Shown here in pieces: positions 36,220 through 49,485 of a DNA stretch of 64,000 nucleotides. Below the pieces are notes generated by a model that saw only the letters and a list, made by a program, of their open reading frames with translations, was not told where the DNA came from and made no database searches. Positions within the stretch are counted from its first letter, which is position 1; each line of letters begins with the position of its first letter. A program made the position numbers and the translations under genes. Source of the DNA: Squalus acanthias (lineage: Eukaryota); NCBI GenBank assembly GCA_030390025.1, contig CM059432.1:41480001-41544000 (forward strand). The letters are read 5' to 3'.

Positions 36220-39200
36220 GGCCGAGATCTTGGAGATGGCGGGAACCATGGCGTGGAACCCTGCTATCTTTTGACACTGATCATGAACAGGTCTGTTGAA
36301 ACCTGTTGGTATTTTGCAGATATAGGGGGCTAACTTGGATAAGGCATTAAAACGGGCGCGGGCAGATTGCGCATTGGGAAATTCGTGCTGCCTGCTCATT
36401 AACATGATTGAAACGCTGAGCCCAGCGCTAAACATGTTCAACAGGGGGCTCAATATCGTAGGAAGTCTGCTCTATATTTAAAGGTTGCCTGCAGAGTGAA
36501 AGGCTGTCTGCAGTTCTTAAAGGGGAGGTGCTTTGTGAGAAAAGTACCTCATTCTGACTGGAGCTGGAAGTTAGCAATGTCACAACAGGGCAGACCTTGG
36601 TGCAGGGGGCCTGTAGGAGGGGACAGGTCCTCTACCCGCAGGGGGCCAAGGCCTTCCAGACACACTGTTCAAAGGCAGTGGGAGGAGATGGCTGAAGCGG
36701 TCAGTGCCTCCAGTCTTTTCCCCAAGACATGGATCCAGTGCTGGAAGAAGTTTAATGACCTCACACGAGTGGTCAAGGTGAGTGAATCCATTTCAAATGC
36801 CCTATCCCACCAACTGTATCACTAGCCTCACACACTGCTCAATGCAACACACCCCTATCACTCACCTACCAACAATCTCTATCAATCACGCCTCATACCT
36901 CACAATCATACCTCCACCTCACCCTCACACACAAGCCTCACACCCACATCTCTCACCTTGCACATAATGGCAGCTATTCAACCATGACAGGCACATCACC
37001 CAAACACATTGCACCACACTCACTGACACACTTCCCTTTCTCTTCAAGATGGCTCACAACCGACAGGAGCAGGAACTAACAGGCGGAGGGCAGGCACGGC
37101 TGCAGCACTTGACCCAGCTGGAGGAGTTAGTTCCAGGGATGATTGGAGGGGCCGTCACTGAGGCCATGGTGATCGGCAAGACTGAAAGCATTGATGGTGA
37201 CGGTATGCTCATACCTAATCCTTCTTCACACAGCCCACTTCCACTTCATCCGACAATCGCTTCTCACTTACAAACTGCTGATGGTGTAAGCATGCACATC
37301 TTGCTCCCCCCCACCTTCCTCACCATAACCCAACCCTTGTGCTTTTCTTCTTTCCGATACCCAAGAACTGCCAGCAGCCCAGCCTGTGCAGGAAGAAGTA
37401 GAGGAAGCGAGTGATGGAGAAGAAGAGACACCGTCACTCAATCTGACACTCCAAGGCACCAGCTCAGAAAATGGCACTGTACGAACTTTAGAGGGTAGTA
37501 TAGAGGCGGCATCTGTACATGATGAGTCACCAGGCACGAGTTGGCTGCAACCAGGCCAGGGGGAAAGAGTAGCGTAGGTGCCAGCTCACCGGAGGGCGAG
37601 GTCACACACGAGTTCTGCTGCAGAGCACTCAGATGAGGATTCAATGGGGCGGCCTTCAGAAGAAGGGTGATAGGCATGCACACAGAAATGCTTGGTGCAA
37701 TGACAGGCCTGCCAGAGAACCTCTTGTCTGTGTCAAGGAGCATGGAGGAGTCTGGCTCCAACATTGCATGGGGCTTTGCGTGGAGCTTGGAGACCATGAT
37801 TTCCAGGATGGAAGTGAAGGGCAACACCATTAGTGCACTTGAGGACCCAACCATGATGCTGGGTGTGATGGGCGATGTTGCAGCTTCCATTGCAGCACAA
37901 GCGGAAGTGACCCAACATCTCAGTGCTGCAGTGGAAGCTCAGACTTCTGTCACGCAGGCTCAGTTGCTGCCACGCAAGCTCAGACTGCTGCCATTATGGT
38001 TGGATTTACAAGTGTGGAAAGGGGCTTGCAGGGTGTCACAGCAGTCCAGCAATTTGTCCTCCAATGCTGAGGCGCTGCCCCGGGGGAATGGCAGTGGCTC
38101 CGTGAAGCTCGAACCTGCTGTCCTCTCTCAGGATGACAGCATTCCTACTTCCACCACTGCCACTCTGCTAGTGCCATTGCAGTTGCCTGTCTGCCAGCTA
38201 TCCCAGACTGCTGCCGCCCATGCTGAGGTGGTGCAGTCTGCAGCTGGGCCTTCTAGGCCCAGAGCTGCTCGGGGTCGTTGTGCAAGGCCATCTGCAGTCT
38301 TCCCAATGGAAAGTCAGCAGCCTTCCACCAGCCATGCTGTCGCCACTGGGGTAGCACTGCGTAGGAGAACTAAAATAGGCAAAGGCACACAAAAGACAGA
38401 CACTAAGGGAATGCACAAGGATGATTAGTTGACTGTGTATTGTAATATTTTAATTAAACTTTTATAAATTATGTTTGGAATATTTGTTTTCTGCTGGCTC
38501 TCATTTCAGCATTGTAGCCAAGAGGATGCTGTGATGCTCCATGACAGCCCAGCCGGAATGGGGATTTACAGGCTGCCTCCTCCCTTTCTCCTCCTCCTCT
38601 TCCTCTTCCTCCACTTCCTCCTCCTGAGGTGGTTGCGGAATCTGTGGTGGCAAGGGCTGCTCCCTCATGATGGCCCAGTTGTGGAGGATGCAGCAGACCA
38701 CCATGAATTGGGACGCTCGCTCCGGTGAGTACTGGAGAACTCCTCCCGAGTGGTCAAGGCAGTGGACCCGTTGCTTGAGCACCCCAATGGTCTGCTCAAT
38801 GAGGTTCCTCGTGGCAGCATGACTGTCATTATACGAGTGCTGGCCACGAGTGGTGGGGTGTGAAGGGGAGTCATCAGCCAGGTGTAGAGAAACATAGAAA
38901 CCTAGAAGATAGGAGCCATTCGGCCCCTCGAGCCTGCTCCGCCATTCAATGCGATCATGGCTGATCATCCAAATTCAGTACCCTGTCCCTGCTTTCTCCC
39001 CATATCCCTTGATCCCCTTAGCCTTAAGAAATATATCTAACTCCTTCTTGAATATATTTAATGAATTGGCCTCAACTGCCTTCTGTGGTAGAGAATTCCA
39101 CAGGTTCACCACTCTCTGGGTGAAGAAATTCCTCCTCATCTCTGTCCTAAATGGCCTACCCCTGATCCTTAGACTGTGACCCCTGGTTCTGGACTCCCCC

Positions 39201-40844
39201 ACCATCGGGAACAGCCTTCCTGCATCTAGTCTGTCTAGTTCTGTTAGAATTTTATAAGTTTCAATGAGATCCCCTCTCATTCTTCTAAACTCTAGCGAAT
39301 ATAAGCCTAATCGACCCAATCTCTCTTCATACGTCATTCCTACCATCCCAGGTATCAGTCTGGTGAATCTTTGCTGCACTCCCTCCATGGCAAAATCATC
39401 CTTCCTCAGATAAGGCGACCAAAACTGCACACAATACTCAAGGTGTGGTCTCACCAAGGCCCTGTACAACTGCAGCAAGACATCCTTGCTCCTGTACTCG
39501 AATTCTCTTGCTATGAAGGCCAACATACCATTTGCCTTCTTAACCGCCTGCTGCACCTGCATGCTTACCTTCAGCGACTGGTGCACAAGGACACCCAGGT
39601 CTCGTTGCACTTCCCCTTTTCCCAATCTATTGTGGATAGCCCTTGTCTCTGAGCATCCACCCTCGGCTTCGACGTGGTGGCTGGAAGATTGCTGGCACAG
39701 TGGACTGATGTAGAATGAAGGCATCATGACTGCTGCCAGGATTCCGGGCATTTACCATCATAGTGTGCTGGGCGTGGTCGCACACCAACTACACATTAAG
39801 TGAGTGTTAGCCTTTGCGATTGCGGTACATCTCAGCATTGATATGAAGCGCCCGCAAAGCCACATGTGTGCAGTCGATGACGCCCTGCACCATAGGGAAG
39901 CCTGATATCCTTGCAAAGTATCATGCATGCTCCTCCAGCTTCTCTCTGTTTAAAGAGAAGACAATGAAGTCCCTTCTCCTAGAGTATGGTTCCTCTGTGA
40001 CCTCCCGGATGTAGCAATGGACAGCGACTGCAAGATGTTTGCTATGTTGCCTGTTCCAGCCTGGAAGGATCCGCTGGCAAAAAAATTCAGGGCCACGGCC
40101 ATCTTGAGTGCCACTGGCAGCGCCGTGGTCGCCCTGCTCTCAGGCTGCAGGTCTGGTTGCAAGAGGCGGCAGAGTTCTGTGACTACCTCCTCGGTGAAGT
40201 GGAGCCGCCGAACACACTGCTCCTGGCTTAGGTGCATGTAGGAGCAGTGCTGTCAGAAGACCTTAGGTGGGTAAGGCCTCCTGCTGAGAGCCCTCCTCCT
40301 CCTCCCTCTGCGAGCAGCTTGTCTTTGCTGCCTCATCTCCATCTCCCTGTCATGCTGCAGTGCGACGGGAACTGCAACTAGAGTTCCCATGACTGGGAGC
40401 AAGTGGTGTAGCCAGAGGCCTTCCAGTAGCAGCCAACAGCTTTCCAACATCCAGCAGCACACTCTGCACACTTTAACAATGTTATAAATGTCATCCAGCA
40501 ACCCAGTATTGATATAAACTCTGCAAGAGCCAGTACAAGAGAAATAATCAAATTACCTGCAAGTTAATTACGTTCAGCTGTGTGTGTTTAGGAGAGGGCG
40601 TTGTTTGGAGCGGCGATGTCGAAAAAGGTATGTCGTGCGTCAAATCAGCGTTACACACTGACTGATGTCACGATCTGCCTACTCTGCATACTACCAGCGC
40701 ACGCACGTCTTGCCTGTGCTATCACCCTCACCAACATGACGACCAGCGCGGGCTGTGCCGGAAGTGGGTGGAAGCAAGGCGACCGCCATTTTATTCTCGA
40801 AACTGGCCTTAACTGCTGGCGCTAAGGTGCTGAATTTCACGGCC
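36220..40844 (-). mobile_element. Decayed full-length Harbinger copy C (Myb on +, transposase on -)
   Basis: Ends GGCCGAGATCTT and rc GGCCGTGAAATT; Myb exons from 36578 (KTWIQCWKKFNDLTRVVK|GTGAGT) to 38428; transposase 40390 to ~38500 with stops and frameshifts. Confidence 0.9.
38890..39631 (-). mobile_element. Young 5'-truncated CR1 inserted in the transposase of copy C
   Basis: Near-identical to the 3' part of 4617-6194; splits DKGYP|LYTWL. Confidence 0.94.
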
Positions 40845-41004
40845 ATATTTTGTATACTCCACTTGTTAGGATTTTAACACTGACTACAGCATCAATTGAC
40901 CGTTACTATGCTGTGTGTGATTCTTTACTCTACTCTTCGGCATTTTGGCATGGGTGCGTTTTCTGGTGAAGTTTTTAAAGTAGCTAATTAACGTAACATT
41001 TTAG

Positions 41005-41365
41005 AAGGAAGAATGAGGAGAGGCAATATAAACTAAATAATACAATTTAAAGTGGGTGCAGGAACAGAGAGACTTGGGGGCTTACGTAATGTAATTGGCA
41101 AACAAACCAGAGGTGAGATGAGGAGAATTCTTTTTATACAGCGAGTTGTTAAGATTTGGAATGCACTGCCTGAAAGGGTGGTGGAAGCAGATTCAATAAT
41201 AACTTTCAAAAGGGAATTGGATAAATACTTGAAGGGGAAATATTTGCAGGGCTAATGGGAAAGAGCAGAGGCATGGGACTAATTGGATAGCTTGTTCAAG
41301 GAGCCAGCACAAGCATGATGGGTCGACTGGCCTCCTTCTGTGCTGTATGATTCTATGATTCTGTG
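41005..41365 (+). mobile_element. CR1 3' fragment
   Basis: QRVVKIWNALP...FKRELDKYL; (TATGATTC)n tail. Confidence 0.85.
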
Positions 41366-44244
41366 ATTAATTACTCTTGGTGAGAGTTTACTCTGCATAT
41401 CTACTAATCCAGTCGGGGCACGGTAAGTGTTATGCTAAAGAAGTTCTGAAGTTCGGGGCTGAAGTTTGCAGCGGTCCTAGTCAGTTTCACCTCTGATCAA
41501 TTTCACCTCTACAGCAAGTAAATATTTGTAAGCCGCAATCGCAGGAGTTCTAGAGGCCACGGGGGTGACTGAAGGCGGCGGGGCTGCCTGAAAGGACTTA
41601 ATGACAGGTAGTTGCACTTTACAGAGTTGTGAACAGCTGCTTGAACTGCCCGATATAGCCGGTGTGCTTAATATGGTTTAAGCAATGGATTTGTAATTAG
41701 TGCCTATGGTAATGATAAATATTAGCGCCATTTGCCCAATATAGGCCCAGGATAAATGAGATGGTGTAAATGGTGCCGATTGTAATTTGAACTGAGCCTC
41801 CCTCAAATAGTTGTTGGTTGCTGATTCGTGTGTGCAGATAACTTTCCACTGTTCCTCTAAAATGAAAGTTCCCAAATCTGCCCTCCATTCCTCCTTAACA
41901 TGGCAGTCGAGTGCTCATCAAATTCATAGTATTGTAGATTGAGCTTATTCAAATCAGATTTTCTCCCAGTAGTTGGTTTAATTCATGTTTTCAGTTGATG
42001 TGCGATGATCCATTACTCCTTTACTTAAACTGATGTAAACAATGATGTTCGCAGCATCCAACAGGTGAAAGGTGAATGCTTGCTGGAGCTGTCTACAGCT
42101 GTACAGTGTCCTTATTCCAGCTGATATGCAAAAACAAAAACACAAGTTGTAGCCAAGTGCTAATTGCCCTAAAAGTAACACCACTGCCAAAAATAACAGA
42201 CAACTATCAGTGGTAAATGGGCTGTGTAATATTAACACAGGTCTGAATCTCCTCCCCTGCAATTTATTAGAAGAGAAGGAGGAAAACCATATGAGCTCAT
42301 CAAATTGAAATGATTTACCAGTGTCACTGGTTTATTCTATAAACACGATTTTTTTTTTCAAACCAGAAAGATCCCATGGAAACACAGCATTTGCAAATCT
42401 TGTATAAACAGACAATAAATATCAATGACTTTAATAATTGTAATTTATATCACTAAAAAACATTTTCTGTTGAAAGCAGGCGAATGTTTTCTTTATCCCT
42501 CAGGTTGTGAGGTAGTGACAGTAATTATGAGTAGGCAATGCTGGGAATGGTTAGAGGTGATAAATGCTATTGGTGCGTATTTTGGGTAATTAATCACAGA
42601 ACCCACAAGAGGGTGTTCTGGTGCATGTTTTATGGGTGTTGTGGGTGCGTAATCTTTGTCAGTTTTGACAGCTACTTGGTGATGAAGTGTACCAATGAAA
42701 AGCTGACAAACTTGACTATAAACAGCTGAGGATGAGGACATCTGTTCTGTGTAATGGGTTGCGAGTAGCATTTCAAGCTGGCACTGCAGGCTATACACTG
42801 CTGAAGTGCTGTACCACTCATTGATGGTATTTCTCGTTATTTGTGGGGCTCTTTGGGCACTTTAAATACGATATGGTGCAGTTATTAGAAGCATAATGCT
42901 AATGTTAAGGGTAACGTAGACCAGCTTTCTCTTTTCAAAAGATGACTGGATCTAGAATTTTATCAAGTTTATAGTATTCCATTCTTGTAATTTTATCAAA
43001 CTCTACAGAAAGTGCCCAGCTATCTGAAATGTAAAAGAATCGATGCCATGTTGAAAGTTCTATGATTATTTTATTTTGTTTACTGTAATGACGTTTAGGA
43101 GTCAATAATGTGGTCTCAGCCTAGAGGCACAAGAACTGCTAATGTGCAAAGAGTTATCATTGTGGCATAATGCGATGTTAGCTCCTTACCATATTATTGC
43201 GATTCACCTGTCACACAGCACATGATATGTAAAATTCTGTGCCAGCAGATCTTAAAGGGTTGCTGATCACCTTTAAGGGGGCAATGATATCCATAGTGAA
43301 GAATGATCGCAGCGAAGCCAAGAGACTGAAGAGCACCAGACAAGGTAGAAGCTTTGGTCGTGCTGAAGAAGATCCTGCTGAGAACATTGAGCTTTTTTTG
43401 AGAGATGTGGCATCCTCCATAGAAACCCGTGGCAGCACTACCTGAACTGTGGTAGCTGAAAGATTCAGTACTGGATTAAAATTCCGCTTCTATATTGCTA
43501 AACTGGACAGTTCCAATCCATGATTTTCTGTTCATTCATTTTAATGGAGGGCAAATAATAGGCAAATCATGTGCCCCCCAGTGTGTGCTGGGAATGCAAA
43601 AATAGAATTTTTACCCACTGTCTCATCTGTGCACATATTATGAGAGCAGGTGAAGAAGAAATCTGCTGGTGGTTGCCAAGCACTGCTCACATTTGTCTTA
43701 ATTTTGCAGTGTTACCTTACAATGCATCTTAACAGCACTACCGGTCACCAATCCTATGACAGGTCCCTTATGGACTATGAAAGTGGGAACTCCAAGTGTT
43801 GGGAGTCTCGCCCCAACACCACCACGCCACTCCTCCCCCCCCCCACCCCCCGTGTAAACGACCTTGTAAGGCCGAGCAAGAAATTCCCAAAACTAAGGTC
43901 AGGACACAGCATATCGGTTTGTAGCGGAGATTTTCACATTTTAACCACCTTCTGTGCAATGAAATTTTTAACTTTGTTTTACCTTAAATTTGGGCCCTCT
44001 TGTCTTGTCGGCCAATAGAAATAAGCTATCACAATAACCGTTGATGATTTTGAAGATCTCTATCAAGTCACCCCTTAACCTTCGCAGTCCAGTGAGTCAC
44101 TGCAGGCAGATATAGACAGAATTGGTAAGTGGGCAGACAAATGGTGGGTTTTCTCCTGAGAAGATCAAGTCAATAGTTCGCCAGCAGACTTCTTTTCTCT
44201 AAAGATTGCAACTGCTTTTCAGTCACAAAAATGTATACCTTTGG

Positions 44245-44440
44245 AACAAAAACAGAACCTGCTAGAAACACAAAGCATCCCTGGAGAGACCAGTTAACGT
44301 TTCAGGTATAAACCCAGCGTGAGAGTTCTGACGAAGGATTTACACCTTCATTAACTTATCTGTTCTCTCCACAGATGCCTGACCTGCTGAGTGTTTCCAA
44401 CATTTTCACTTTTTGTTGCAGATTTGCAGCATCAGCAGTT
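44245..44440. mobile_element. Degenerate Penelope-derived fold-back
   Basis: Homologous to 7810-8005; keeps CTGACGAAGG at the centre. Confidence 0.65.
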
Positions 44441-44669
44441 TCCCATTTCCCAGCATTAACATAACTTATTAAGCACAAATGTACAACCCCACAAAAAAAG
44501 AAAAGAAATTGGAACCAGGTATGGTAAAACTTAATCTAATCGTGTCAGACAAGATGTAAGTTGACACTACTTGACTCCAGAAATCAAGTTCCTGCTTCAA
44601 CGATAGCATTCCAAATGTATCTTCTTTCACACTTAAGACAGAAATTCCTTATCTGGCATAACAAATAAA

Positions 44670-47455
44670 AGCCTAGAAATTGGAGAGTACCCGAAAAAGG
44701 ACCATGTCATAGCCCAGCTGCACTGGGTTAAAGTAGTTCAGGCAGCATGCAAAATTCAGGCGGAGTGCTCATTTACATGATTATAGTGATGATCTCAGCG
44801 CTAAACATGCTGCTGATTGGTTTCCCGCTCAACAGGTGGGCCAATATTGGGTGCAGTCTAATTGCTAGTAATATTTGGCCTAGGATTTCTCCACTACTTA
44901 AAGGGGGAGGTGCTTTGATGGAGCAGCACCTCATTGTTGTTGGAGCGTGAATTGAATCACACCTGAAGTTGGAAGATATGGCTAAGCACAAGCAAAGAGA
45001 ATGAGCCTGAAGGTTCTCAGATGTGGCTCTGGTGGTATTGGTGGTGGCCATGGAGAGGTGGCAGCCTGTCCTGTTCCTGCAGACTGGCAGGAAACCATCA
45101 GCCCATACATTGAGAAGGCTCTGGCAAGAGATATCTAGGTACGTGACGGCCAACAGTGTGATCCTCAGAACATGGATCCAGTGCCGCAAGAAGTTTAATG
45201 ACCTCACATGGCAGGTCACGGTGAGTGAAGGCTTCAGCAAATACTATATTCCACCATCTGCACCACAAACCTCACACAATGCTCAATGCACCACACCCCC
45301 ATCGTTCACCTACCAACAATCTCTACCTATCACCACTCAGACCTCACAATCATAGCTTCACTTCACCCTCACAACCTTACCACTGCTGCAACACTCACAC
45401 CCCTATTGAACTATGGCAGGCATATCGCCCAAACACATTGCACCACACTCACTGACACACCTCCCTTTCTCTTGCAGGCCAAGGTTGCTCACAATCACTG
45501 GGAGCAGCGGCAGACGGGAGGCGGCCAAGCCACAATACAGGCCTTGAGCCAACTGGAGGAGAGTGTGCTCGACATCATTGGAGGGGAAGTGACCGAGGCC
45601 GTGGCAACGGGCGAAGTTGAAGCCCTTGGGGACAATAACGGTATCTTCATTCCTAATCCTCCTTCTCACATCCCACTTCCGTCTCATCCCACAATCTCTT
45701 TTGACTTACAAGCTGCTGATGCTGTATGCATGGATATCTTGCCTTCCCTCCCTCACCATAACCCAACTCTTGTGCCTTTCTGCTTTCAGATGACCAAGAC
45801 CTGCCAGCCGTAGAGCCTGTCCCTGAAGCAATGGAGGAGAGTGAAGGAGAAGAAGAAGGCACATTGTCACTGCATCTGACACTCGCAGACACCAGCTCAG
45901 AAACTGGCACTGCGCGGAATTTAGAGAGTAGAATAGATGCGGGATCTGCACATGGTGGGGCACTGGGCACGAGTGGGCTGCAGCAAGGCCGGGGGAATGG
46001 CTAGCTTGGGGGCCAACTCCCCAAAGGGCAAGTTCGCACGTGAGTTCTGCTGCACACGACTCAGATGATGACCTCGATGGGACGGCCTTCAGAAGAAGGG
46101 TGAAGGGCATGCACACCGAATTGCTAGGCGCAAAAGCAAGCCTGCCAGAGAGCCTCATGGCAATGTCAAGGAGCATGGAGGAGTCCAACTCCAACATTGA
46201 ACGGGGCTTTGTGCAGAGCTTGGTGCCCATGATTTCCAGACTGGAAATCACAAGTGTGATTAGTTGATATTGTAATGTGAATTGAATAGTGATAATTTAT
46301 TCATTTTGTTTGGAATGTTTATTTTTTGATGGCTCTCATTTCAGCTTTGTGCCCAGGAGGACGCTGTGATATTCCGTGACACAGGGATGGTATGATGGGG
46401 ATGTGGTTGATGAGGATGTGGTGAGCAACGGGGCTCTGGGGTTTCATTCACTGGAATTTAAGTCTGATGAGGCGTTCACGGACAGCCCGTGCCGAAGTGG
46501 GATTTGGTGCCTGCCTCCTCTCTTTCTCCTCCCCTCCCTCATCCTCTTCCTGAGGTGGTCCCACAATCCCTGCAGACAAGGTCTGCGCCCTCATGATGGC
46601 CAAATTGTGGAGCATGCAGCAGACCACCATGAAATGGGACACCCGCTCTGCCGAGTATTGGAGGGCTCCTCCCAAGCGGTCAAGGCAGCGGAACCGTTGC
46701 TTCAGCAGCCTGTTGGTCTGCTCGATGATGTTCCTGGGGCAGGATGGCTCTCATTATCTGAGTGCTGGGCACAAGTGTTGGGGTTGGGGAGGGAAGTCCT
46801 GAGCCAGGTGCAGAGCCGATGGCCCTTGTCTCTGAGCAGCCACCCTCGGCTTTGACGTGGTGGCTGGAAGATTGCTGGCACAGCGGACTGACATAGAATG
46901 AAGGCATCATGACAGCTGCCAGGATACCGGGCATTCACCATGTGCTGGGCATCGTCACACACTGACTCCACATTAAGTGAGTGTTAGCCTTTGTGATTGC
47001 GATACATCTCAGCATTGATATGAGGCGCCCGCAAAGCCACATGTGTACAGTCGATGGCGCCCTGCACCATGGGGTAGCCTGATATCCTGGCAAAGCCACA
47101 TGCGCGCTCCTCCTGCTTCTCTCTGTTTAGAGAGAAGCAGATGAAGTCCCTTCTCCTGGCATACAGAGCCTCTGTGACCTCCCGGATGCAGCGATGGATG
47201 GTGAGCTGCGAGATGTTTGCTATATTGCCTGTTCCAGCTTGGAAGGAACCACTAGCAAAAAAATTCAGGGCCACGGTCACCTTGAGAGCCACTGGCAGCG
47301 CCATCATCGCCCTGTTCTGAGGTCTGTTTGCAAGAGGTGGCAGAGTTCTGTGACCACCTCCTTGGTGAAGCAGTCGCCTAATACACTGCTCCTGGCTTAG
47401 TTGCAGGTAGGAGAAGTGCTCCCTGAGACCCTAGGTGGGGAAGGCCTCCTCCCTC
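44670..47455 (-). mobile_element. Decayed, internally deleted Harbinger copy D (Myb on +, transposase on -)
   Basis: RTWIQCRKKFNDL..|GTGAGT at 45220; exon 2 AKVAHN..TGGG at 45478; transposase [25 protein letters not shown] within 46445-47450. Confidence 0.88.
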
Positions 47456-47456
47456 T

Positions 47457-47568
47457 GCCACATAAGGAAATTTTAGGACAGGTGACCAAAAGCTTGGCCA
47501 AAGAGGTAGGTCTTAAGGAGTGTCTTTAAGGAGGAGAGAGAGAGGCGGAGAGGTTTAGGGAGGGAATG
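47457..47568 (-). mobile_element. L2 LINE fragment
   Basis: Reverse complement of ~50710-50822. Confidence 0.7.
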
Positions 47569-47577
47569 CATCACAAT

Positions 47578-47720
47578 ACCAGAATATGTACATGCATTGC
47601 ACCCTGAAACTTGCACCCTGAAACATGCACCAGAATATCAGAATATGTATGTACATGCACCCTAAAACATAAACCAGAACAGAATATCGGAATATGTGCA
47701 TGAAGTGCACCAGAATATCG
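47578..47720. repeat. Degenerate minisatellite
   Basis: Recurring CAGAATAT and TGCACCCTGAAAC modules. Confidence 0.7.
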
Positions 47721-48039
47721 TTTAAGGGCTTCTACAAATATGCATTACGAGCACAATCTCCGTTACTGTTCAACACTGCTTTTCACATATATTACAACTC
47801 CGATTGAAGTAATAATTAGCAATCAGTGTTGCTCCAGGGGCAAGCAGGTCAACCAGCTTCCTATCTTTGTACTTGCATAGTGCATGGGATTCAATCACGA
47901 TTATCAAACTACGGCTTTTGTGACAATTTAACTCATTATCCTTCTGGATTCTTGTAGCAATGACAAATTGCAAGCTTGGCAGTTGCTTTTCAAAGATTTT
48001 TCTCCCGTATTTTTGTCTTCTGTCCAGATGGCACTGGTG

Positions 48040-48409
48040 TATGCTGAAGTCTGATTCCACAGATACCAGCAGCTCTCCAGGACCTTGCTGAAGTGGCCAT
48101 TATTCATCTGTGAGCCTATAAAGTGACTATTGGTGGACTATTCCATTATGGGAGAAAGCACTGTTTTAAGTCTGTTCCTGTCCTCACCCAGTGTCCCACA
48201 CAAACACACTTTTTGGGCAGAAGTGGGCACCCTGGTTGATTGTTCCCTTCCCTGCCTTGGAAATGCTAAGGCCAATCATCGTGCCTTGGCCATTGCCCCA
48301 GCTGAGATTAGTGAAGTAAGCATGGACCAAAGATTGAATCTAAGGTTCTTCCTGATTGGTATGGCATAGTACCACACTGAGCAGTGATTTCTCCATTGAG
48401 CTATCAAGG
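48040..48409 (-). mobile_element. Ancient tRNA-headed SINE, AmnSINE2-like
   Basis: rc begins GATAGCTCAATGG...CACTGCTCAGTGTGGTACT...CAGGAAG and ends GGCTCACAGATGAATAATGGCCACTT; family name from recalled consensus. Confidence 0.55.
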
Positions 48410-48658
48410 TGTCAAATATTACCTGTATTTTGCTTATTATAATTTACTATAGTTCCACATCAGTCATGCACACACAAGAGCTGGTTTATGAGCAGGATGC
48501 CCATTGCAGCACCATTTTAGTGACTTGATCAAGCAGCAAGAAGAGCAATTTGTCCCGGTTGAAAACTTCCCTGAAAACTTCCCAGGAAACTATCTCCCAG
48601 TTTTGCCAAGCTGAAGAATAAAGGAACTTGTCAGTTTTCAAGTAACAACAAAGGCTTT

Positions 48659-49299
48659 GCCCGCAATATTTATGGGGAGGCGGGCAGGAAAAACAGCGGC
48701 AGGAGGCCGCAGCCGAGGACCCTTGGGTACGGTCCCTGGAAATTGGGAGGAGGGAGGGAATGAGAGATCAGGGGGTTGCGGGGGGTGGAGTCGGCTGGCC
48801 GTGATCGTGACCTGCAGAGACACTTAGCGGGGGTGGTGGGGAGGTCTGCTATCCCGGAAGGGGGGAGAGAGAGAGCGAGAGAGAGAGAGACCATGATCAG
48901 CAGGGGGAGGCCGCAGGCTTCCTTGAGGGGCTAGGGGGAGCAATTATGCTCCTCCTGGCCCACACGGAGTGCTATAAAAGGCACTTACCTTCTTGAGCTG
49001 GCAGCTCCCGCCTCCCTTTTACTGCCGGGTTCCTGAACCCTGAGAAACCCACGTGGCAATTTAAATAAGGCTCCCAACTGCACTATGGGAGCCTGATTTA
49101 AATATGTTAATTAAGTGTCCCGCCTTCACACGTCACGAAACCCATCACCGTAAAAACACAACAGGTGCTTATGCGGCCGGTTGGGAACGCGTTCCCCAGT
49201 TTTTAATTTTTAGCACCACCCCACCCCCCCCCCCCCTCACCAACCCCCTCCCGTCCGTTGTGGGGGGGGGTGGGCGGAAGGGGGATTAATATTGAGCCT
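48659..49299. mobile_element. MITE-like GC-rich element
   Basis: Ends GCCCGCAATATTTAT and rc AGGCTCAATATTAAT; internal hairpin TTTAAATAAGGCTCCCA...TGGGAGCCTGATTTAAA. Confidence 0.6.
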
Positions 49300-49304
49300 T
49301 TGTC

Positions 49305-49485
49305 TCAGAAAAAGTTGGAAATACTCAGCAGGTCAGGTGACATCTCTGGAGAAACAGAACGACCTTTAGACCTGAAACGTCGACTGACTGGCTTCTGTTC
49401 CTCCAGAGATAGCATCTGACTTGCTGACTATTTCCAGCTTTTTCTATTTTTCTTTTCAGATTTCCAGCATCTGCAGTATTTTGCG
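49305..49485. mobile_element. Degenerate Penelope-derived fold-back
   Basis: Homologous to 7810-8005, including the CAGATTTCCAGCATCTGCAGTATTTTGC extension. Confidence 0.68.

Noticed and set aside
38975..39751. Harbinger-CR1 fusion protein
   Set aside because: Chance read-through across an insertion junction; the Harbinger part is in a non-coding frame.
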